A stretch of DNA of 64,000 nucleotides from Pirellulaceae bacterium (lineage in GTDB: Bacteria; Planctomycetota; Planctomycetia; Pirellulales; Pirellulaceae), in assembly GCA_963833245.1 (NCBI GenBank), contig CAWHXH010000006.1, forward strand, positions 183,693 to 247,692, given 5' to 3'. The translations under genes were made by a program, and so were the position numbers. The notes under the pieces are model-generated. The model had not been told where the DNA came from, made no database searches, and saw nothing but the letters and a program-made list of their open reading frames with translations. This document shows, in pieces, positions 9,682-19,485 of the stretch; positions within the stretch are counted from its first letter, which is position 1; each line of letters begins with the position of its first letter.

Positions 9682-9742
9682 TGTGGGATAGGCCTCCGGC
9701 CTGTCGTCGCAAGGCTGTGACAGGCCGGAGGCCTATCCCACA
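9682..9742 (+). terminator. perfect 24-bp stem hairpin (intrinsic-terminator-like, no U tract)
   Basis: TGTGGGATAGGCCTCCGGCCTGTC ... GACAGGCCGGAGGCCTATCCCACA lies immediately after the stop of the DUF21 gene. Confidence 0.55.
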
Positions 9743-9819
9743 CCGCTACCAATCTTCCGCGATACCCACCGGGATGTTACCGTGGCGACGCCCCCGATCG
9801 CTCCCCGCGCCCGCCCCCG

Positions 9820-10701
9820 ATGTCGTTGTCTGACACCTCTCCCGATACGGTCCCGCCGCCGCCGGACGTGCCGGCGCCGCGAGCCGCCGAGCCGATTGCC
9901 AAAAAACGCGGGGTTCCCGAGGGTTTGTGGCTCAAATGCGACTCCTGCGGCGCGTCGTTGTACCGCAAAGAGGTCGTCCAGCGGCTCAACGTTTGCCCCA
10001 AGTGCGAGTACCACTTTTACGTTTCGGCGCGGCAGCGGATCGAACAGGTCCTCGACACCGGGACGTTTGAATCGATGGGCGAAGAGCTTCGGTCGGTTGA
10101 TCCGTTGCAATTTTCCGACCGTCGTTCCTACGCTGACCGTTTGGTCGACGAGCAAAAACGGACCGGATTGACCGATGCGGTTTTGACCGGCACCGGCATG
10201 GTCCGGGCACGCCGGGTGGCGTTGGCGGTGACCGATTCGGCGTTCATCATGGGTTCGATGGGGTCGGTCGTCGGCGAACGCTTGACGCGGTTGATCGAGC
10301 ACGCGACGACGCATGATTTGGCGGTCATCATCATTTCCGCTTCCGGCGGCGGGGCGAGGATGCACGAGGGGATCCTGTCGTTGATGCAAATGGCCAAAGT
10401 CACCGCGGCGTTGGCCCGTTACCACGATGCCGGTGGGCTATTCATCTCCGTTTTGACCAACCCGACGATGGGCGGAGTGGCGGCCAGTTTCGCGTCGCTG
10501 GGCGATTTGGTGTTCGCCGAACCGCGGGCATTGATCGGTTTCGCCGGCCCGCGGACGATCAAAGCGACCATTGGGATCGAATTGCCCGAAGGTTTCCAAA
10601 CCAGCGAGTTTTTGTTGGAGCACGGTTACATCGACCGGATCGTCGAGCGGCGGAATTTGAAGACCGAGATCGCCACGGCGATTGATTATTGCGGCAAATA
10701 G
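9820..10701 (+). CDS. accD: acetyl-CoA carboxylase carboxyltransferase subunit beta
   Basis: N-terminal Zn-ribbon [26 protein letters not shown] is followed by a carboxyltransferase domain, and aligns with E. coli AccD [27 protein letters not shown]. Confidence 0.85.
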   Translation: MSLSDTSPDTVPPPPDVPAPRAAEPIAKKRGVPEGLWLKCDSCGASLYRKEVVQRLNVCPKCEYHFYVSARQRIEQVLDTGTFESMGEELRSVDPLQFSDRRSYADRLVDEQKRTGLTDAVLTGTGMVRARRVALAVTDSAFIMGSMGSVVGERLTRLIEHATTHDLAVIIISASGGGARMHEGILSLMQMAKVTAALARYHDAGGLFISVLTNPTMGGVAASFASLGDLVFAEPRALIGFAGPRTIKATIGIELPEGFQTSEFLLEHGYIDRIVERRNLKTEIATAIDYCGK

Positions 10702-10713
10702 GCGGTTAGTCCC

Positions 10714-10739
10714 GTAGCGGAGGTCGCCAAGACTTTCGG
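10714..10739. repeat. REP-like element, family A, single copy (GTAGCGGAGGTCGCCAAGACTTTCGG)
   Basis: Matches the 26-nt family-A consensus GTAGCGGAAGTCGCCAAGACTTTCGG with one substitution. Confidence 0.8.
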
Positions 10740-10773
10740 TCCCCCCCCACCCCTACCCCGCTGCAAGCCGCCC

Positions 10774-12321
10774 ATGTCCAAGAAAAAAGTCGTCGTCATT
10801 GGCGCCGGTCCCGGCGGTTTGGCCGCGGCGATGCAATTGGCCCGCGGCGGGTGCGACGTCACGCTGCTCGAACGCCGCGACCGGGTTGGCGGACGGACCT
10901 CGGCGATCGAGCGGGACGGTTTTCGTTTCGACTGCGGTCCGACGTTCTTCCTGTACCCGCGTGTGCTCTCGGAGATTTATCACTCGGTCGGACGCGACTT
11001 CGTCGACGAAGTGCCGATGGAGCGGCTCGACCCCCAGTACCGGCTAACGTTCGGCGGCGGCGGTCAACTCGACTGCACCCCGGACATGGACGAGATGGAC
11101 CGGCAGATTGCCAAATTTTCGCCTGCCGACGTCGGTCAATTGCGTCGCTACATGGTCGACAACCGAGCCAAGCTCGAAGCCTTCCGTCCGATCCTCGAAT
11201 CACCCTTTGCCGGGATCAAAGACCTCATGCGTCCCTCGCTCATGGGGGCCGCCACCAAAGTGCATCCGCTGCGTTCGCTGGGCACCGAATTGGGACGATA
11301 CTTTAGCGACCCCCGGTTGGTGATCGCGTTTGCGTTCCAGTCGAAATACTTGGGCATGAGTCCGTTCAATTGCCCATCGCTGTTCAGCATCCTGTCTTAC
11401 CTGGAATATGAGTATGGGGTGTGGCACCCGATTGGCGGCTGCAGCGCGGTGTCGGAGCACATGGCCGAAGTCGCCCAGTCGTTGGGCGTCACCATTCATT
11501 GCGATCAACCGGTCAGGTCGGTCGAGATTGCCAATGGTCGTCTGCGGGCCGTTCACACCGACGATGATGTTTACCAAGCCGATGCGTTTGTGGTCGGAGC
11601 CGACTTTGCCGACTGGATGACGCGGACGGTGCCCGACGACGCGCGACGCCGTTGGACTGACAAGAAGATTGCCAAGAAAAAGTTTTCCTGCAGTACGTTC
11701 ATGCTCTACCTGGGCATCGAAGGGTTGTATGAGGAACTGCCGCACCACAGCATTCATATATCGAAACAGTACGAACGCAATCTGCATGAGATCGAGGTGG
11801 CGCAGGTGCTTTCGGAAGACCCGTCGTTTTACGTTCAAAACGCCGGCGTGACCGATCCGACATTGGCGCCGGCCGGTCACAGCACTCTGTATGTGTTAGT
11901 CCCGGTGACGCACCAGAGCGACAACGTGGACTGGGACGAACGCGGGGAAGATTTCCGCGAGCTGGCGCTCGATAAGCTTGCCGACATAGGACTGCATGAC
12001 ATCCGCGACCGCATTCGGGTCGAGCACCGGATCACGCCCAACGATTGGCGGGATGACTATGCGATCTACAAGGGTGCGACGTTTAATCTGGCACATAACC
12101 TCGGTCAAATGTTGCATCTGCGACCCAAGAATCGTTTCGATGACATCCAAGGGGTCTACTTGGTCGGCGGCGGGACGCATCCCGGTTCGGGCCTGCCGGT
12201 GATTTACGAGTCCAGCCGGATTTCGTCGCGGTTGTTGCTCAAAGACTTGGGGCTGTCGACCGACTTCATCGACAAATCTGCCAAAGGCGTTCCGGTCGTC
12301 GAGCCGGCAGGGGTTGCGTAA
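10774..12321 (+). CDS. phytoene desaturase (CrtI)-family FAD-dependent oxidoreductase
   Basis: N-terminus [53 protein letters not shown] and C-terminal [22 protein letters not shown] closely parallel CrtI motifs. Confidence 0.75.
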   Translation: MSKKKVVVIGAGPGGLAAAMQLARGGCDVTLLERRDRVGGRTSAIERDGFRFDCGPTFFLYPRVLSEIYHSVGRDFVDEVPMERLDPQYRLTFGGGGQLDCTPDMDEMDRQIAKFSPADVGQLRRYMVDNRAKLEAFRPILESPFAGIKDLMRPSLMGAATKVHPLRSLGTELGRYFSDPRLVIAFAFQSKYLGMSPFNCPSLFSILSYLEYEYGVWHPIGGCSAVSEHMAEVAQSLGVTIHCDQPVRSVEIANGRLRAVHTDDDVYQADAFVVGADFADWMTRTVPDDARRRWTDKKIAKKKFSCSTFMLYLGIEGLYEELPHHSIHISKQYERNLHEIEVAQVLSEDPSFYVQNAGVTDPTLAPAGHSTLYVLVPVTHQSDNVDWDERGEDFRELALDKLADIGLHDIRDRIRVEHRITPNDWRDDYAIYKGATFNLAHNLGQMLHLRPKNRFDDIQGVYLVGGGTHPGSGLPVIYESSRISSRLLLKDLGLSTDFIDKSAKGVPVVEPAGVA

Positions 12322-12324
12322 CGT

Positions 12325-13107
12325 TTGCTTTCTACCATGTCCGATCGCCCCCCCGACGAACCGAAGCCGAAGTCTAACTGGCAGAAGCTTGTCATCCTGA
12401 CAGTCGTCATCGCGATCGCCGCCGGACTCCTTTACAGCTTCGGTGATTCGCTGAATTTGGAATCCTTAGCGTCCCGCGAGGAACAACTGCGATCGGTTAA
12501 AGCAACCCATCCGGTTTTATTCTTCGCCGCGGCATTCGTGATTTATGTCATGGTCACGGGGCTTTCATTGCCCGGGGCCGCTGTGTTGACCCTCTTGTAC
12601 GGTTGGTTGTTCGGTTTCGTCGTCGGCCTGATCCTGGTCTCGTTCGCCTCGACCACCGGGGCAACCATGGCGTTTCTGCTATCGCGATACCTGCTGGGAG
12701 ATTGGGTTCAGTCGCGTTTCGGTGATCGCTTAGGCAGTTTTAACGAAAACCTGCGACGCGAAGGTGCCTACTATCTGTTTACTCTCCGGTTGATCCCCGT
12801 CGTCCCATTCTTTGTCATCAATTTGGTAATGGGTTTGACGCCGATCAAGACCCGAACGTTCTGGTGGGTCAGCCAGGTCGGGATGCTTGCCGGGACGGCG
12901 GTTTATGTCTATGCCGGTTCGACGTTTCCTACGCTCGAGGCGCTTTCCGAGCGGGGAGCGGCGGGCATTTTGAGTCCCGGACTATTGACGGCTTTTATAT
13001 TATTAGGATTGTTTCCATTGGTCGTCAAAAAGCTATTTCGCCGACAATCCCGCCGCCGCGTCCCGGTCGAGCACCCAGGTGACCGCTCGGTGCCGCCGCA
13101 GCCATGA
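12325..13107 (+). CDS. TVP38/TMEM64 (DedA-like, SNARE-associated) family membrane protein
   Basis: Sequence VLFFAAAFVIYVMVTGLSLPGAAVLTLLYGWLFGFVVGLILVSFASTTGATMAFLLSRYLLG; follows the crtI-like gene with a 3-nt gap. Confidence 0.65.
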   Translation: MLSTMSDRPPDEPKPKSNWQKLVILTVVIAIAAGLLYSFGDSLNLESLASREEQLRSVKATHPVLFFAAAFVIYVMVTGLSLPGAAVLTLLYGWLFGFVVGLILVSFASTTGATMAFLLSRYLLGDWVQSRFGDRLGSFNENLRREGAYYLFTLRLIPVVPFFVINLVMGLTPIKTRTFWWVSQVGMLAGTAVYVYAGSTFPTLEALSERGAAGILSPGLLTAFILLGLFPLVVKKLFRRQSRRRVPVEHPGDRSVPPQP

Positions 13108-13770
13108 GGCGGGGCAGGCGGCACCAACCGGTCCGGTCAACGCCGCGGCCACCGCGTCGGCTTTGTCCCGCCCGGTGGCCAACAACACGATCCGCTCGGC
13201 TTGCATAATGGTGCCGATTCCCATCGTGATCGCCCGCCGGGGTACCTCCGCGGGCGTTTGAAAAAACCTCGCATTGGCAGAAATCGTCGCGGTCGTCAAA
13301 TCCACCACCCGCGTCGCCGAGTCCGCCGACGAGCCGGGTTCGTTGAACGCGATGTGTCCGTTGACGCCGATCCCCAGCAATTGCCAGGTGATCCCCGCCC
13401 CGACAACCGCGGCGTCGTACCGCGCCGCTTCGGCCGCCGGATCGTCCGCATTGCCGGCCGGCAAAACGCGTTGTTGTCCCGGCCAACCGACCGCATCAAA
13501 CAGGTGCCGACGCATGTACGCGGCGTAGCTTTGCGGATGGTCCGGTGCCAACCCGACGTACTCATCGAGGTTAAAACACCCGGCCGATCCGACCGCCCAA
13601 TCGCCCGCCGCATGTCGCCGTACCAACTCGGCGTAAACCGGTTCGGGCGTTCCTCCGGTTGCCCAACCGATGACGGGATTCGTCATCGTGTTGAGATGAT
13701 TGACGACCAAATTCGCCACCGCGACCGCGGCGTCCCCGGCGGTCGGATAAATCAACGGTGACTCGTTCAT
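13033..13770 (-). CDS. nagB: glucosamine-6-phosphate deaminase
   Basis: NagB motifs WATGGTPEPVYAEL, FNLDEYVGL and GIGVNGHIAFNEPGS are present. Confidence 0.8.
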   Translation of the reverse strand: MNESPLIYPTAGDAAVAVANLVVNHLNTMTNPVIGWATGGTPEPVYAELVRRHAAGDWAVGSAGCFNLDEYVGLAPDHPQSYAAYMRRHLFDAVGWPGQQRVLPAGNADDPAAEAARYDAAVVGAGITWQLLGIGVNGHIAFNEPGSSADSATRVVDLTTATISANARFFQTPAEVPRRAITMGIGTIMQAERIVLLATGRDKADAVAAALTGPVGAACPASWLRRHRAVTWVLDRDAAAGLSAK

Positions 13771-13783
13771 ACTTGATCCCCGC

Positions 13784-15112
13784 TCATGCCATCTCTTCGC
13801 TCAAGTTGTCGACTTCCCGCATCAGCAACGCTCCGGCGGCGGCGGCATCCAGCCCCGCGGCCATCCAATCGGTTCGCAACGATTGCGGAACAAAGACGCG
13901 AACGCGTTTGACATGGTTGTCAAATTGACGGTTGGCTAGCGCCAGGGCAACCGGCGAGAGTTCCCCCAACGACATCACGCCACCATCGGTCAATATATCC
14001 AGATTGATGTCCACTTCCAGTTTGACCGGCGGGGCATCGATCAATACCTCATCGGCGTCGACGACCCGTCCAATCCGGTCGCCAATCTTATGAGCCAACC
14101 GGCCGGCACACTGGGTCAACCACCAATATGGTTGCCGTGCGACCGCACCATGAACCGCCGCACCGGTCGCAACATCATATTGGGCGATCGGCCGGTAAAG
14201 CTCTCGCCGGTCGCCGAAAAGCCCCTCAATCATTGCCGCGATATTATCCCCGGCTGACCGTCCGGCTCGCCGCAATTGGTCCACCCACCGATCATCCGAC
14301 AACGTTGCCCACGCCGACACATCCAGCTCGCTGGCCCGATCGTGTTGCAACCGATAAACGACCCGCTGCAACATCGCGGTCGCCGCCCGCACCGTCCGTT
14401 CCCAATACACCTCGCTGAACATGACGTAGCGAGCAAAAACCATCATCTCGGCGGCCGTCCTCGCTTGATCGGCCAAACAAAGCCGTGGCTCCCGCGGATG
14501 CGAACGTACCGCCGCCAAGATCCGGGACCGATCAAAGTTGCGTCCATATGGAACCCCCGCGTGCAGCGAATCCCGCGGCAGATAGTCGAGTTTGTCCACG
14601 TCGATCGGCCCCGACAGGCAGCTCGCGTAGAACCGCAATGCCTCCGCCGGAGCGGTCGCGGTTTCGGATTCGATGCCGCGGTCGATGACCGACAGGACAT
14701 CGGCAACCGAGCACTCCCAGTCTTGATCGATAGCTTCGGTGATCGCCGGATGCGTCAAAACCTCGGCCAGGCGGGCCTCGTGCCGAACCGGCTTGCCCCC
14801 CTCGGAGGACGTCAAACTGCCGCTGATGTCTTCGGTCGGATGGCAAAACGGCCAATGCCCGGCGTCGTGCAGCAGCGACGCCAACAGAAAAGCGTCTTGG
14901 GCCGCCGGCTCGCCCACTCCCCATCGGTCGGCGGCGGGATCGGCGACCGCAGAGCGAACGACTTGAACCGCCGTCGCGAGCACTCCAAGCGAGTGTTCCA
15001 ACCGCGTATGGACCGCCCCCGGATAGACCAACGATACCAACCCGAGCTGTCGCAACGACGCCAGGTGACGCATCGGCGGGCTATCGACCAACCGGCGCAC
15101 CCGCGGCGTCAT
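13784..15112 (-). CDS. HD-domain deoxynucleoside triphosphate triphosphohydrolase-like protein
   Basis: HD motifs HTRLEHSLGV and LLHDAGHWPF. Start placed at MTPRVRRL; the upstream ORF extension is rejected as Arg/Gly-rich. Confidence 0.6.
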   Translation of the reverse strand: MTPRVRRLVDSPPMRHLASLRQLGLVSLVYPGAVHTRLEHSLGVLATAVQVVRSAVADPAADRWGVGEPAAQDAFLLASLLHDAGHWPFCHPTEDISGSLTSSEGGKPVRHEARLAEVLTHPAITEAIDQDWECSVADVLSVIDRGIESETATAPAEALRFYASCLSGPIDVDKLDYLPRDSLHAGVPYGRNFDRSRILAAVRSHPREPRLCLADQARTAAEMMVFARYVMFSEVYWERTVRAATAMLQRVVYRLQHDRASELDVSAWATLSDDRWVDQLRRAGRSAGDNIAAMIEGLFGDRRELYRPIAQYDVATGAAVHGAVARQPYWWLTQCAGRLAHKIGDRIGRVVDADEVLIDAPPVKLEVDINLDILTDGGVMSLGELSPVALALANRQFDNHVKRVRVFVPQSLRTDWMAAGLDAAAAGALLMREVDNLSEEMA

Positions 15113-15186
15113 CGGTACATCAATGTCCGGCGGAATGCGAACCGACGAATGTCCCCCCCCGGAGACTTCGGGAACCAGAGGACCGG

Positions 15187-15882
15187 TCACCCGTTTAAAT
15201 CCGCCAACGGCACGCCGGCCAGCAACGCCAACCCACCCGTCGCGACGATGTAAGTTGCCGCGACGACCAGCCCCGAGGTCAGTTCCAACTCGAACGCCGC
15301 GACGGCAATCATCGCCCCCAGCCCCAGCACGATGCAAAGCATGATGCCACCGGCCATCGCGGACATTTCCGACGGCGACTCCAAATCCGCGACATAGACC
15401 GGGACGAACGCGTAGATCGCCCACAGCAGCGCCATCAACCCGCCGGCGATCAGCACTCGGTTTCGCAGTTCTACGCCGCGATATGGTTCCAACTCGCGGT
15501 CATACGCAAACGCGTAGCCGCCGCGGACCAGCGGCGGGGCCAACGCCACCGCGGCGATCGCAACCGCCCAACCGGGGACGCCGCCGGGCATCAGTGTCCG
15601 CGCCGCGACCGCGAACATCAGCACAACGATGGTTGAAACGACCGTGATGATTGTGTGTCGACGCGTCCAAGCGGTGTCTTTGCGGGTGATCGGTTTGAGG
15701 ACCGAGCGACCTTTGGAATCCTTAGGGCCGACCTCCTCCGGTTCCTCGATTTTGACTTCTTGCGACTTGTCGGGGACCGTGATGATCGCCTTGCAAGCCG
15801 GGCAGGGTCCTTTTTTGCCCGCGAATTTGTCGCTGACTTGAAACCGTTTGAGACACTTGGCGCACGTAACCTGGATCGCCAT
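15187..15882 (-). CDS. zinc-ribbon (CxxC...CxxC) N-terminal domain membrane protein, function unknown
   Basis: MAIQVTCAKCLKRFQVSDKFAGKKGPCPACKAIITVP is followed by five hydrophobic helices. Confidence 0.5.
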   Translation of the reverse strand: MAIQVTCAKCLKRFQVSDKFAGKKGPCPACKAIITVPDKSQEVKIEEPEEVGPKDSKGRSVLKPITRKDTAWTRRHTIITVVSTIVVLMFAVAARTLMPGGVPGWAVAIAAVALAPPLVRGGYAFAYDRELEPYRGVELRNRVLIAGGLMALLWAIYAFVPVYVADLESPSEMSAMAGGIMLCIVLGLGAMIAVAAFELELTSGLVVAATYIVATGGLALLAGVPLADLNG

Positions 15883-15924
15883 GAACGTTCAATCGTCGGC
15901 CTCGGGGGGCCGTTTTGGGGGAAA

Positions 15925-16210
15925 AGCGGAACCGGACGGCTGGCGCCATCAATACTTAGCGGAAGGGCGCAAGCCCTCCGGTGCCACCAATCTTAGCGGA
16001 ACGGCGCCAGCCGTCCGGTGCCGTGTCACTCTTTCTAGCGGAAGGGCGCAAGCCCTCCGGTGCCGCCTCTTTCTTTCTAGCGGTAGGGCGCAAGCCCTCC
16101 GGTGCCGCAAAACGCTTGCCGCTCTACCGCTACCAAGGGCGGCACCGGAGGGCTTGCGCCCTGCCGCTAAGAGTTAGGGCGGCACCGGAGGGCTGGCGCC
16201 CTTCCGCTAA
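15925..16210. repeat. REP/BIME-like array, family B (about 5 direct and 2 inverted units, TAGCGGAAGGGCGCAAGCCCTCCGGTG)
   Basis: Tandem and inverted copies of the about 26-nt unit, separated by short variable linkers. Confidence 0.8.
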
Positions 16211-16253
16211 AGAAGATTGCAAAACCTTACCCCAAGAATCTCCCAAACGTCCG

Positions 16254-19200
16254 CTAGCGGTGACTGATCAACGTCAGCGTTTCTTCCAACGTCTCATCAC
16301 CCGAATCGCCTGCCTCAGTCGACGCCTCGTCCGGGGTGAATCTCGCGTCCCACTCCTCCCGGTCAAAAACCATCAACCGGCATCCATCGTCAACCGAAGT
16401 GACAATAGCCGCGACTTGACCGTTGGCACGGGCTTGGCGAATCGTTTCCAGGTTGCGGCGTTGCTCTTGCCGGAACGCGTCGTCGGCATACGGCAGCAGC
16501 GCGGCAACCAAGTCGTCGGACTCCGAATCAACGGCTGAAGCGGCGAACGAGTCCTCCAGCGGTTCTCCGCCCCCGCGACCCGGTTCCCCGCCGGTGCCCG
16601 TGGTCGGCCCGCCGGAGTTGACGTTGAGAAAGTTGATAATCAATAACGCATCGAGCGCCGTGACCATCCCATCGCCGTTGACGTCATAAAAAAAGTTCGG
16701 ATTGCCCGGTCCGACCGGCGAGGGACCAAAGCTGTTCAAAAAATTGATGATCGCCAACGCATCCGACGGCATCACTTCGCCGTCCCCGTTGACGTCCTCG
16801 GGCAGCGCCGCGTTGTGAAACGGCAATTCGTTCTCAAGCACTTCGATATCAAATGTCCCGGTTGTCGATGACCCGCCCGCGTTGGCCGTCGCGGTGACGC
16901 GAACTTGAATGATTTCCTGGTCAATTCGCCGAACCGAGACACCATCGGCGAGTTTCAAAACGCCGTCGGCGATGACGAATCGACCGTCGTTGACGCTCAG
17001 GGTGTGACCGTTTTGCCCCGGATTGCCGCCCACGGTGATGTTGCCGACAACCGCCCCGGGGTCCCGCTCGAGCACTTCGCCCGGCCCGGTCAGTTGCACT
17101 TCGCCGGGCACCTCGGGCGAGTCCAGCACCGTCAGCGTGATCGATTTGGTGAAGCTGTCGGAGCCGAACGTGGCGGTCACCACCAGCGTGATCGTCGGCT
17201 CGGCTTCAAAGTCCACCGACTCGCCGGTGCGAAGCCGAAGCTGGCCGAAGACAACTTCAAACCGATCGTCCGAAACCGTGATCGCGTGAAATTGGTCTTC
17301 GTCCTCGTCGATCACCGCCACGTCCGAGATCCGATCGCCGGGACGGTTTTCGCGAACCTGAGTTGAATTGATGATGATGTCGGTGACCGGATCGTCCGCA
17401 TCGAGCACCGTGATGGTCCGGTTGACGATCAACGTCTCATCCGCCGCCGCGTCGCGGATTTGGACCTCCAACGGGATACGCGGTTCGCTTTCAAAATCCA
17501 GCGGCTCCGGTCCGACGAAAACGATGTCGCCGTCGCGATGGATGAATCGCGGATCGTCGATGGTGATTTGCAAATCATCGGTGCCATCGGGATCGGCCAC
17601 CGTCAACTGACCGACGACGACGCCGATTTGGACCGACTCGGAGACCGGCGGGATGCTCAGCGTCGCTTCGGTCGGCCGGTCGGCGACCGCGGCGACGTCG
17701 ATCCGCAACGACACGGTTCGGGTTGATCGACCGTCGTGCAGTTGAACGTCAACGGTGTCTTGGCCGGAAAAATCCGCCGCCGGGGTGTACCGCAGCGAAC
17801 CGTCGACGCTGATCTCCGCCGCCCCGCCGCCCGGAGTCGTCGACTCACCGCCGGGCAAAACGACGATCCGATCGCCTTGGGCGTCAGCCGTCCCCGCCGT
17901 CAGGGTTCCGGCCGGTGCGACGAGCACTTCGTCCTCGACGCCCTGAAGCATCGGCATGGTTTGATAAACCGGAGCGTCGTTGGTCCCGATCGATCGGATT
18001 CCAAAATCCGCCTCCGCCGCATCATCAACCGAGTTGATTTGAACAACTTGGGCGACCGGCCGCCGCAGCGTCAACTCGACCGCCCCGGCCGATCCGGCAA
18101 CGACGATCGCGGTCAATTGCGGGTCCAAATCGATCGCCGAAGGCACGCCGACCAACGATAAGTCCAATGCGAATTGCCGGATCAAATCACCCGTTTCCAT
18201 CCCCAGCAGAGCCACCAAATTGTCCGCCGCGTTGACCGCCACGAGCATTTCGCGAACCGGATCAATCGCCAGCACGACGTCACCGCCTAGCTCCGATTCC
18301 TCGACGCGGTACAGCTCCGCGAACCCGCCGTCGACGTCGTAGCCGACCAGTTGATCACCGCTGCGGAGGATCAAAATCCCCGCCCGATCGCTGAACGCGA
18401 CTAGTTCACTGCCCGCATCGACCGAAACCGGAGCGCCGATGAACTCGGCCGTCGAGTTGTTGTAGACCAACAGTTCGGCCGCTGCCCCGCCGCCATCGAC
18501 CAGCTCGACCGGTTGAACCAAAATCGTTCGCGAGGCTGCCAAGACCGACGGGTTGGAATCGCCGATCACCCGGGCACCCGGCGACAAACGCGTGGTCAAT
18601 CGTTGCACGCCATCGCCGTCAACGTCCACGCTCCACCCGACCCAATCGTCCGGCTGCTCGCCGGCGGCGTGACCGATCAGCAATCCCCGTCCGCCCGCAT
18701 CGATCGCGGCGTCTTGAACGACGAAACCGGCCAATTCCGCGGTCGAACCGTCGACGTCGGCCGGATTAGCCAAATCGCCGCCGACCCGCAGAACTTCGGA
18801 GCCGATTTCGTCAGCGGAAACGATGACAAGATCGCCCCCGGCTAAACGGCTCAACGACACGACTGACCCATCGGCGGTCAACGAACCGCCGCCCAGCAGT
18901 GCAATCCGGTCTCCCTCGGCAAACGCCGCTGCCAAATCATCGGCCGCCGCGACAACCGCAACCGGCGGATGGTTGACTGTTGCCGAACTAATCACCCCGG
19001 CAGCAACCGGCGTCGTTTGAACCTGCGATCGGCCGCCACCAAAGAGCACCACGCGATGGTCGCCCACGGGCACCGAATCGAACCGGAACCGGCCGTCCGA
19101 ATCGCTTTGCACGTACCGTTCACCGGCGTCGAGCGATTCGTTGACATTGTCGTCGATGAAAACCAACCGCCCCGCCGCCCCGACTTCCGCCGCCTCGCGA

Positions 19201-19328
19201 ACGGAGGAATCGTTGGCGTCATCGAAAACAACGCCGGTGATCGAAGCCAAAACGCGACGTTCGTCGAGCTTTTGGAAGATCAAACGGCGTCGGGCGGCGC
19301 GGCGTGAACCGGTGCTGGGTTGCGGCAT
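16254..19328 (-). CDS. giant secreted/surface protein with cadherin-like repeats and two C-terminal dockerin-type (EF-hand-like) modules
   Basis: Dockerin-like DVNGDGEVMPSDALAIINFL and DVNGDGMVTALDALLIINFL; repeated cadherin-like beta-rich modules with acidic Ca-binding motifs. Confidence 0.65.
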   Translation of the reverse strand: MPQPSTGSRRAARRRLIFQKLDERRVLASITGVVFDDANDSSVREAAEVGAAGRLVFIDDNVNESLDAGERYVQSDSDGRFRFDSVPVGDHRVVLFGGGRSQVQTTPVAAGVISSATVNHPPVAVVAAADDLAAAFAEGDRIALLGGGSLTADGSVVSLSRLAGGDLVIVSADEIGSEVLRVGGDLANPADVDGSTAELAGFVVQDAAIDAGGRGLLIGHAAGEQPDDWVGWSVDVDGDGVQRLTTRLSPGARVIGDSNPSVLAASRTILVQPVELVDGGGAAAELLVYNNSTAEFIGAPVSVDAGSELVAFSDRAGILILRSGDQLVGYDVDGGFAELYRVEESELGGDVVLAIDPVREMLVAVNAADNLVALLGMETGDLIRQFALDLSLVGVPSAIDLDPQLTAIVVAGSAGAVELTLRRPVAQVVQINSVDDAAEADFGIRSIGTNDAPVYQTMPMLQGVEDEVLVAPAGTLTAGTADAQGDRIVVLPGGESTTPGGGAAEISVDGSLRYTPAADFSGQDTVDVQLHDGRSTRTVSLRIDVAAVADRPTEATLSIPPVSESVQIGVVVGQLTVADPDGTDDLQITIDDPRFIHRDGDIVFVGPEPLDFESEPRIPLEVQIRDAAADETLIVNRTITVLDADDPVTDIIINSTQVRENRPGDRISDVAVIDEDEDQFHAITVSDDRFEVVFGQLRLRTGESVDFEAEPTITLVVTATFGSDSFTKSITLTVLDSPEVPGEVQLTGPGEVLERDPGAVVGNITVGGNPGQNGHTLSVNDGRFVIADGVLKLADGVSVRRIDQEIIQVRVTATANAGGSSTTGTFDIEVLENELPFHNAALPEDVNGDGEVMPSDALAIINFLNSFGPSPVGPGNPNFFYDVNGDGMVTALDALLIINFLNVNSGGPTTGTGGEPGRGGGEPLEDSFAASAVDSESDDLVAALLPYADDAFRQEQRRNLETIRQARANGQVAAIVTSVDDGCRLMVFDREEWDARFTPDEASTEAGDSGDETLEETLTLISHR

Positions 19329-19430
19329 GAGGACAAGCAGAAAAGATCGCGGCGAAGGGGCGGGGACCTATTCTATCCCCCCGCGATGCTCTGTGACGCA
19401 TCAAAATCGCGTTGGGTTCCCTTGTCTTTC

Positions 19431-19456
19431 GTAGCGGAAGTCGCCAAGACTTTCGG
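19431..19456. repeat. REP-like element, family A, single copy
   Basis: GTAGCGGAAGTCGCCAAGACTTTCGG, an exact consensus match. Confidence 0.85.
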
Positions 19457-19485
19457 ATTCCTTGGCAACCGGCAAAGATGCCTCC

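Noticed and set aside
14276-15253. 325-aa ORF (+) antisense to the HD-domain gene
   Set aside because: Arg/Pro-rich and no motifs; the opposite strand encodes conserved HD motifs.
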